Assembly (NCBI GenBank): GCA_951406725.2
Contig: OX597814.1
Location: forward strand, 188,046,001-188,110,000
Length of the DNA: 64,000 nt
Reading direction: 5' to 3'
DNA from: Octopus vulgaris
Lineage: Eukaryota
The translations under genes and the position numbers were made by a program. Positions 55,176 to 64,000 of the stretch are shown here, piece by piece. Below the pieces are notes generated by a model. That model saw only the letters and a program-made list of their open reading frames with translations, did no database searches and was not told the origin of the DNA. How positions within the stretch are numbered: the stretch's first letter is position 1; the number at the start of each line of letters is the position of its first letter.

Positions 55176-55428
55176 ATAAATGCGCCTTTTTAAAGCCTAG
55201 CCAGGCTCATGGGCCCGGTTTCCCGGTTTCTATGGCGTATGTGTTCCTCAGCTGGACAGGACGGCAGTCCATCGCAGCGTTACTCATTTTTGTCAGCTGA
55301 GTGGACTGGAGCAACGGGAAATGAAGTGTTATGCTCAAGAACACAACGCGTCGCCCGGTCCAAGAATCGAAACCAAAATCTTACGATCATGGTGCTGACA
55401 CCCTAACCACTAAGCCACGCGCCTCCAC
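55176..55428 (-). mobile_element. SINE family C
   Basis: Near-identical to the 29582 copy. Confidence 0.88.
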
Positions 55429-57127
55429 ATTCTTTGAATAAACAAATGACAAATTTAGGTGGGGCAAAATAAATAAGACAAAGAAAGATAAATTTGCCTC
55501 TTCGATTCTCCAGAATTAGATTTGAAAAAAGACTCATACACATTAATATCCATCCTTAGACATCATAAAGATCAGAAATGCAAAAAAATATCTAAGTCAA
55601 ACGAGAGAGGATCGTGGGAAAATGGTACATAGTATGAAATTAATGAAACTCGACTAAATCTAAAAATCGAACATAAAATATTTTCAATAGCTTCTCGATC
55701 TGCTAGAGTGGTCTCTTCCTGATATATTTACGCACCATTTACGCTGTTAAAGAGAAGTTATTGAAATTAGTCGTTACTCATTTTACCTTACTTTAGACAT
55801 CATGTTTTGAAAATTGAAAATTAAAAATTATCAAATTAGACAGTGTGGGGGAAAAAAAAAACATCGACCTGGAATCCCACAGAGAAAAGAACTTTGATTG
55901 TTAGGCACCAAAAATTATCCAAATATTTTGTTAGCAACCTCAATTACAATCGAGTCAACATTGAAGAAAAATTTCTTGAAAAAAAACTACAAAAAAAAAC
56001 TACAAAAGAACAAACAAACAAGTACCTGTCACTGACTACATTTCAAACTTATTCAAATTCAAAAACAGCAACAATGCTGACCAAATTTTACTCCAAAAGA
56101 TGATGCAACACTTGTAATGCAATGATTTAAAACCGGTAGGGGGAAAATAAGAACTCAGAAATAATTCATTTTTCCCACCCCCACACAGACAGCTAGTGTA
56201 CGGCGAGGTCACAAGGCAGTGCCCGTCTCAGTCCAGTCAACAGACCATCGCTATGTGTGTAGCCCCTAGTGGGCAGTAAAGAAAAAAGATATGTATGTAT
56301 GTATGTATTAGTGCAAGTGTGCATTCACGAGTTACCATGTATATGTATGTGCACATTTGTCTCAGATGCGAGTGTCTGACTTCATGCATCATATCATTTC
56401 TTCATGGTCAGATCCTGTTATTATTTCGGTCTCATGTTTTCAAATTATTTTGTCAGAATTTTGCAAAAGTTACGGTTTGTTATGCACCAAAAAGTAAAAA
56501 TTATCCTTATTTTTAATTGGTTGTACTCGTGAAAACTTACTTCCAGCATCCCTCCCTCGTTTCATTCCCACCCCACACAAAACGAAAATAACACAAAACA
56601 CCAAAAAATCCCGAGACCAAACACACACAAAATCAAACAACAACAAAATTAATAACTCGATTCACAAGAAAGCTACTGACTGTTCGAACAAAGAAGTCAG
56701 ATCTGTAAAACATAAGCCCAAAACAAGCAGAGAAAAAAAACAAGATAAAACAAAATGTAGAACTAAAACAAGAGACTGAATTGCTAAGAGAACAGAATCC
56801 CACTGACAAAATTAAAAAACAAAAAAATTGCCCGACAGAGTAAGACAATAAGACAGAGACCCAGACACTATACAGCGAATGTAGATCAACGTTGATATGG
56901 ATTTCTGCGAAAATTTTGTGCTTTCCTTTCTGAAGGAAGCAAATATAGTCGATTGAAAGCAAAGCAGAAAAAGAAAAAAAATACTGAAAATAGTAAAAAG
57001 TAAAGTCAATATGGTACTAGTTTTATCGACAATAACGGCTGAAAGTTGTAATCGACTATTGTAATGTGGTAGTAGGGTGTTATAGTCAGAAAGAAGCTAA
57101 CAAAGGGAAAAATATCGTGATATATAT

Positions 57128-57192
<65 letters not shown>

Positions 57193-57193
57193 A

Positions 57194-57283
<90 letters not shown>

Positions 57284-57569
57284 GTGTATATTTAAACGCA
57301 TAAGGAATTCACTTATAGGGAATTCAGCACGCTAGAAAGAACAGCTAAGTTCTATAAACCACAAAAATAAATACTACATATTTCCTTCAAAGAATACCAG
57401 ATAAGCCACCCATAATTGGATACAACTCACCCAACAAAAACTCACTACTTGAATGGACCATAAGCAAAACTTGACTTAAACAGGATTCAAATAATCCTAT
57501 CAGGTGGTGCTATTAAGTTAGATATGGCCTGGACCAATCATTGGTCGAAACGCATCTAAGTTTATCTAA

Positions 57570-57629
<60 letters not shown>

Positions 57630-57706
57630 TGCACGAAGCCTCCAGCTCACAGACCCCAGTATATATAAAACGACGCTGATGATGATGATGATGATGAATT
57701 ATATAC

Positions 57707-57940
57707 TGTTGTGTCTGGGGAGAGTCATTTTCTTTTTGTGCCTTATAATATAACACACTCACCGGTAAAATGACTATTGAAAAGGTTGCAAGACGCAACG
57801 ACAATTTTAGGAAAATAAAAATAAGAAATAAGTGGAAATTTTACCGGTGAGTGTGTTACATTATAAGGCACAAAAAGAAAATGACTCTCCCCAGACACAA
57901 CAAAATATGCTTCAACACACGAACTCAAATAAAGAATCTT
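57707..57940. repeat. Hairpin element 1: 65-bp inverted arms + conserved tail
   Basis: Arms 57707-57771 and 57838-57902; tail ttcaacacacga...aagaatctt. Confidence 0.88.
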
Positions 57941-57980
57941 AAAAACCAAATCCCAAAACGAAATATATATATGTATATGT

Positions 57981-58216
57981 TGTTGTATTTAGGAATGGTC
58001 ATGTTGCCAGTTCAGCCAATAAAAACACACGCACTATATATTTGGTGTTAATTTGCTTCAACTTAATTTATTTTTTACATTAATCTTAATCTTATTTCGG
58101 CCAGAGTTCTTTAACACCAAATATATAGTGCGTGTGTTTATATTGGCCAAACTGGCAACATGACCATCCCTAAATACAACATCTGTTTCAACACACGATT
58201 TCACATCAAGAATCTT
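57981..58216. repeat. Hairpin element 2: 71-bp inverted arms + similar tail
   Basis: Arms 57981-58051 and 58111-58181; tail ttcaacacacga...aagaatctt. Confidence 0.88.
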
Positions 58217-58217
58217 G

Positions 58218-58273
<56 letters not shown>

Positions 58274-58324
58274 CATATATATATATACATACATATACAT
58301 ATATTCTTCTATTCTTGTATTCTT

Positions 58325-58745
58325 TTATTCTTTTATCTGCTTCAGTCATTTGACTGGCAGCCATGCTGGAGCACCACCTTTTAGTCGAACAAATCGACCC
58401 CAGGACTTATTCATTGTAAGCTTGGTACTTATTCCATCTGTCTCTTTTGCCGAACCACAAGTTACGGTGACATAAACACAGATACAAAGACACACACATA
58501 AATATATATACATACGACGGGCTTCTTTCAGTTTCCGTCTACCAAATCCACTCACAAGCCTTTGGTCGGCTCGAGGCTTCAATTGAAGACACTTGCTAGA
58601 GTAGATGACAATTATCTTTTACTTGTTTGTCATTTGACTGCGGCCATGCTGGGGTACTGCCTTGAAGAGATTTTAGTCGAACAAATCGACCCTTGTATAA
58701 TTTTAAGCCTGGCATTTTGTCTATCGGCCCCTTTTGCCGAGAAAG
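58325..58745 (-). mobile_element. Two partial SINE B copies
   Basis: cagtcatttgactg...ccatgctgg motif twice. Confidence 0.8.
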
Positions 58746-59282
58746 CAATAATATTGATTGAATTTTATAGATTTCTTTTATATAAACACAGACGAGATTG
58801 TTATTTACTTTTGGTAGAAGTGGGGGGGGGGGAGTCAATTACATTCAACTTGATTGGCGTTTATTTAACGACCTCGTTAAGGTTTGAACTGTAAACATAA
58901 AGGGCTACTACTAAATACTATAAAGCACTTTGTCCAACGTTCTAACGCAGTGGCTACCAACATTTATCCTATCAAGGATACATCTTATCTACATGAAATT
59001 TCCTGCCGACTGCAAGGTTGTGCAAGATGTGCCTTCTCAACACATTCTGAATGCAGCTCAATGATCTCCAGTACTTTTCTTACGAATCCTCAGGGATCAG
59101 TGGACTCCAGGCAGGAAACTGCTGCTCTATGGCGAGTGCTGATGCTAAAAGACAATCTTGGCAAGTGCCACAGAAGCAAGAATGAAGCTGTTTTACGTGT
59201 ACAACCATCTTCTCTTGGGCGACGTATACTGTCGACTAAAAGACAATGGAATGGAATCTTGATTCTGCTATGTAATCATATT

Positions 59283-59883
59283 TGGTTTCAAATTTTGGCA
59301 CAAGACCAGCAAGTTCAGGGGAAGGGTCAAGTCGGTAACATCGACCCCAGTCCTCAACTGTTACTTATTTTATAGACCCCGAGAAGGATGAAAGGTAAAG
59401 TCGACCTCGGCGGAATTTGAACTCAGAACGTACAGACGTACGAAATGCCGGCGTGCTAACGATTCTTATTTCTTTATTGCCCACAATGGGCTAAACATAG
59501 AGGGGACAAACAAGGACAGAGAGACGGATTAAGTCGATTATATCGATTCTAGTGCGTAACTGGTACTTAATTTATCGACCCCGAAAGGATGAAAAGCAAA
59601 GTTGACCTCGGCGGAATTTGAACTCAGAACGTAGCGATGGGCGAAATACCTATTTCTTTATTACCCACAAGGGGCTAAACATAGAGGGAACAAACAAGGA
59701 CAGACAAACGGATTAAGTCTATTATATCGACCCCAGTGCGTAACTGGTACTTATTTAGTCGACCCCGAAAGAATGAAAGGCAAAGTCGACCTCGGCGGAA
59801 TTTGAATTCAGAACGTAACGGCAGACGAAATACCGCTAAGAATTTCGCCCGGCGTGCTAACGCTTCTGCCAGCTCGCCGCCTT
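59283..59883 (-). mobile_element. Trimeric SINE A (long + long + short tail)
   Basis: Three body repeats; junctions near 59650 and 59466. Confidence 0.88.
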
Positions 59884-60346
59884 ATTTTAACAAACACTCG
59901 AGCCATTTTTCTGCTGACAATTAAAATTCCACTACTCACCTGATATGTAATCATATTTTACATATCACAAACACAGTCACATATACACATATACACGCAC
60001 ATAGACACGCAGACACACTGATACATACACACAGGCACATAGGTATATGTATGCCTTAATTTATTTACTTGTTTATTTATTTATTAGCGTTCTTCCTCAG
60101 GGAACATAAAAGCTTCATCTTTGGAATTTGGAGGGCGACAACGATAACTATTACATGTCGAACTTTAAGAGTTTTGAATATTTTTGTTATTCCATTTGCA
60201 GATCGTATCAGTTCGAGTTAGCCGGTCCATGTCTTAGTTTGAAAATCCTAGCTTTCCAAAGGTTATCGCTTAGACATTTATAAGCATAACGAAATGCACC
60301 AATGGTTATTTGTATAAATGCAAATTGATAACCAGGATAGAGGAGC

Positions 60347-60657
60347 TGTATGTATGTATGTATGTATGTATGTATGTATGTATGTATGTATGTATGTATG
60401 TATGTATGTATGTATGTGTATGCATGTTATATGTATGTATGTATATATGTATGTATATATGTATGTATATATGTATGTGTGTATGTATGCATGTATGTAT
60501 GTATGTATGTATGTATGTATGTATGTATGCATATATGTATGTATTTATGTATGTATGTGTGTATGTATGTATGTGTGTATGCATCCATGTATGTATGTGT
60601 TAATGTATGTATGTATGTATGTATGTATGCATATATGTATGTATGTATGTATGTATG

Positions 60658-60691
<34 letters not shown>

Positions 60692-60730
60692 TGTATGTAT
60701 GTATGTATGTATGTATGTATGTATGTATGT
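60347..60730. repeat. (TATG)n microsatellite
   Basis: Direct reading. Confidence 0.95.
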
Positions 60731-60942
60731 GTGTTCTCTTTCTCTTTTTAATTTTAGAGTAAATTTTACCCGGCCACCAACTTGGTAGCAATGGTGCAAG
60801 AAGAGTATTTTGTTTTAAACATCGTCCTTTAAATCTTAAGAAGGTCTTGCAGATCTTTATAGTTCCAGATATTGTTATCATTTGTAGCATATGAATTAAG
60901 AATTTGCATGTATGTAAATTATTATTCAGTTTTATTTCGAGA

Positions 60943-61326
60943 CTAGCAGTATCGCCCGGCGTTGCTCAGGTTTGTAAGGGAAATAACTATAAAGCATTTT
61001 TAGAGAGTTATAGCCAAAAAATAGCAAAAAAATGGAAAAAAATGATGGTAAATTTTTTTTTGAGAGTTAAAAAAGGTCGAGTTGCGTCCCCTAGACAGTC
61101 TGTCGTTTGTGTTTCTGATTCTCGACCCCATGTCGAATTTATCGATTTTTTCAGAACTGGGGGAACTTTTCAAAATTTTCGCTGCGTTAGTTTTGAATTA
61201 TGACATTGGGCTATGTGTGTGTCAAGTTTCATCAGAATCGGTTGAAAGCCGTGGTCAGGGTGAGGGTACAACCAAACAGACACACAGAAACACACACAGA
61301 CAAACTGCCGTTTATATAGAGAGAGA
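60943..61326 (-). mobile_element. Non-autonomous Helitron-like element with a different 5' portion
   Basis: Same 3' ~100 bp (ctagcagtatcgcccggcgttgctc...) as the 25158 copy; unrelated interior; A|T target. Confidence 0.78.
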
Positions 61327-61405
61327 TTTCTTGCCAACAGAAAAAGAGCCGGTTCCTAACCGAGATCCAAGGCTCCACCATTGGAATTTTAACAATATGT
61401 ATGTA

Positions 61406-61806
61406 TTCTCTCTTTTCTCTTTTACTTTTTTCAGTCATTTGACTGCGGCCATGCTGGAGCACTGCCTTTAGTCGAGTAAATCGACCTTGGGACTTATTCT
61501 TTGTAAGCCCAGTACTTATTCTATCGGTCTCTTTTTGCCGAACCGCTAAGTGACGGGGACGTAAACACACCAGCATCAGTTGTCAAGCAATGCTAGGGGG
61601 ACAAACACAGACACACACACATACACATATATATACATATATACGACAGGCTTCTTTCAGTTTCCGTCTACCAAATCCACTCACAAGGCATTGGTCGGCC
61701 CGGGGCTATAGCAGAAGACAGTTGCCCAAGATGCCACGCAGTGGGACTGAACCCGGAACCATGTGGTTGGTTAGCAAGCTACTTACCACACAGCCACTCC
61801 TGCGCC
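61406..61806 (-). mobile_element. SINE family B, full length
   Basis: Complete head to tail. Confidence 0.9.
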
Positions 61807-61886
61807 TCGTATGTATGTATGTATGTATGTATGTATGTATGTATGTATGTATGTATGTATGTATGTATGTATGTATGTATGTATGT

Positions 61887-61926
<40 letters not shown>

Positions 61927-62039
61927 ATGTATGTATGTATGTATGTATGTATGTATGTATGTATGTATATGTGTAGTATTTAAAGTGGATGCATGTGCAG
62001 ATTCTTATACAGTTCCAGTGCTGGCTTGGATCTATAGTC

Positions 62040-62400
62040 TTCGAATCTGCTTTCTCCTTTCTGGTCTTTTGAAGCCCAATTTCTCAAAATTGCTTCTTTG
62101 GTAGTGCGATACATATCAAAGAGCCCCAATAATTACAGGTATAAACCTGAACTTGTGATCTGGGTAGATTGACTGTAAATTTCTCAATTGTTCAGTGTAG
62201 GAATTTTCTTTTTCGCTCAACTTTAGCTGTTTGTTAACATCTGCTCGGCAGCTGATTTCTACTACTGTATACAGTTTCTCTTCTCCATCCCAAATCGCAA
62301 TGTCAGGTCTATTGTGTTTACATTTTATTGAGGTTTTCATTGGGACATTCTACCAGTACTCCTTATTATGGGTGGCTATGGCTTCTACCATACTGTGGGT
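62040..62400 (-). mobile_element. REL-endonuclease LINE fragment
   Basis: KCKHNRPDIAIWDGEEKLYTVVEISC...EKENSY..LRNLQSIYPDHKFRFIPVIIGAL. Confidence 0.85.
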
Positions 62401-62504
62401 TCTTTTTCATTGCAGTCAGTATGCATGTATGTATGTATGTATGTATGTATGTATGTATGTATGTATGTATGTATGTATGTATGTATGTCTCTTCTATTTT
62501 TTAA

Positions 62505-63190
62505 TTATTATGAATCTTCCACTGAGGAGGGAGCCGGTTTCCAACAAAGATACAAGGCTCCGTTTTTGGGATGTAGTCAACACAGACAAATTCACATTTG
62601 GAACTTGAGAAAAGTCTTGCATATTTTTACTGTCCCATCACAGATTGCACTTGTACGAATTAGCCAGTCGATTTCTCTGTGAAAATCCCAGTTTATCCAG
62701 ATTCTCCTTTAAGCATTTACTAATAAAACCTAGTGCTCCAATTATTATTGGTATGAATATGAATTCGTAGTCTGGATATAGAAGCTGGAGGTTTCAAAGC
62801 AGTTGTCCATAGATATCCTATGTGATGGTACATACCTTTGCCCCTCTGTCCTAAACAACAATATCTGGCCTGTTATCTTTACATTTGACAGAAGTTTTGA
62901 TGAGAATATTCCACCGGTATTCCTTGATTTGGTGTTTATGAATGTATTCCATAACAGAGGGATTTTTAAAGTATATTTCAGGACAGTCTATTTTTGCGGA
63001 TGGTTTTGTAAATTGTTTTGGCAACAACATCGTGTCGCATAGGGAGGTAGCACCGTGACGACATTTTAGGACAGCTGCTAATCACACGCGTGATGTCTTC
63101 CACAAAGACATGACATAGCCTACACATGCTGTTGCACCTTGGGATTACAAGAGCGTCATTGTCTCTCGTGTTCACCAGGTACTTCGTGCG
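62505..63190 (-). mobile_element. REL-type LINE 3' region: CCHC-like knuckle, deleted REL domain, 3'UTR
   Basis: CRLCHVFVEDITRVISSCPKMSSRCYLPMRHDVVAK; FIFIPIIIGALG; 3'UTR hairpin ggagcc...ggctcc also seen at 61345-61378. Confidence 0.82.
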
Positions 63191-63561
63191 TATGTATGTA
63201 TGTACGTCGCTACCTTAATATTTTGTCAAGGGCACTAGCGTCATGAGCAAAAGCATTTCCAACAGGTAATTGAAACCAGCCAGAAAACTCATTTCATCGG
63301 TCACTCACCACTGCTTTGAAATGAAACACACACATACACGCGCACGCGCACGCACGCACACACACATAAAGAAATACATACATACAAACAAAAACATACA
63401 GAGAATCACATAAACACAGATATTTGTTTGTGTAAACACAAATTCAAACAACAATATATTAAGTACTCTTTCTCTCGTTTTGCATCTCGAAATGCTTGAA
63501 TGTGTGTGCGTGTACGTACGTATGTATGCATATATGTATGCACACACACACATATATATAC

Positions 63562-63602
<41 letters not shown>

Positions 63603-63944
63603 CGCACACACATATATGCATGCATATATATATACAAGCATATACGCATACACATGCAGATATATTCATGGTAAACAATTTTGTTAACCGAAGTATGCTG
63701 AAACGATAAGCAATGCCAAGAGAGAAAGAAAAATAAAGACGGGAACAAAACAAGAGGTAAAAAAAATGTAAATAATGTAAATAGCCAAAAAAAAAAAAAG
63801 AAAGAAAAAAAGCGAACAGAAATTAAAAAGAATATGACAACGAAAGATATTCAGTTAAGTAAGAATGCCAGAAACCTTGAAATACGGATGCGTGCGTGCG
63901 TTTATGTGCGGTTGTGTATGCACTTGTGTGTGCGTGCGTGCGTT

Positions 63945-63990
<46 letters not shown>

Positions 63991-64000
63991 TGTGTGTTCT

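Noticed and set aside
58970-59260. Possible RTE remnant (RKLLLYGE) within a 163-aa ORF region
   Set aside because: A single short motif; too degenerate to call

Overview
AT-rich, microsatellite-saturated eukaryotic DNA. The repeat repertoire and the density of (TA)n/(TATG)n/(ATT)n/(ATCT)n arrays point to an octopus (coleoid cephalopod) genome; this is recognition from memory, not a search. Almost all ORFs in the track are microsatellite or SINE artefacts. The only host-gene evidence is one clean 111-nt minus-strand exon (992-1102) resembling exon 3 of a fatty-acid-binding protein. The rest is a layered transposon landscape: four tRNA-headed SINE families (labelled A-D here), R4/Dong-like, RTE and CR1/L2-like LINE remnants, mariner remnants, pogo/Tigger-, piggyBac- and Merlin-like MITEs, and non-autonomous Helitrons. 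The strongest signal is a set of hammerhead-ribozyme folds in short elements embedded in (TA)n and other microsatellites. One has an intact catalytic core (13642-13686, minus strand). Its diverged relative (5631-5684) keeps the same fold with different stem I and II sequences. These look like Penelope/retrozyme-like non-autonomous elements. Also notable: SINE self-multimers with recurrent junctions, a structured non-tRNA retroposon, paired hairpin elements and a perfect palindrome.
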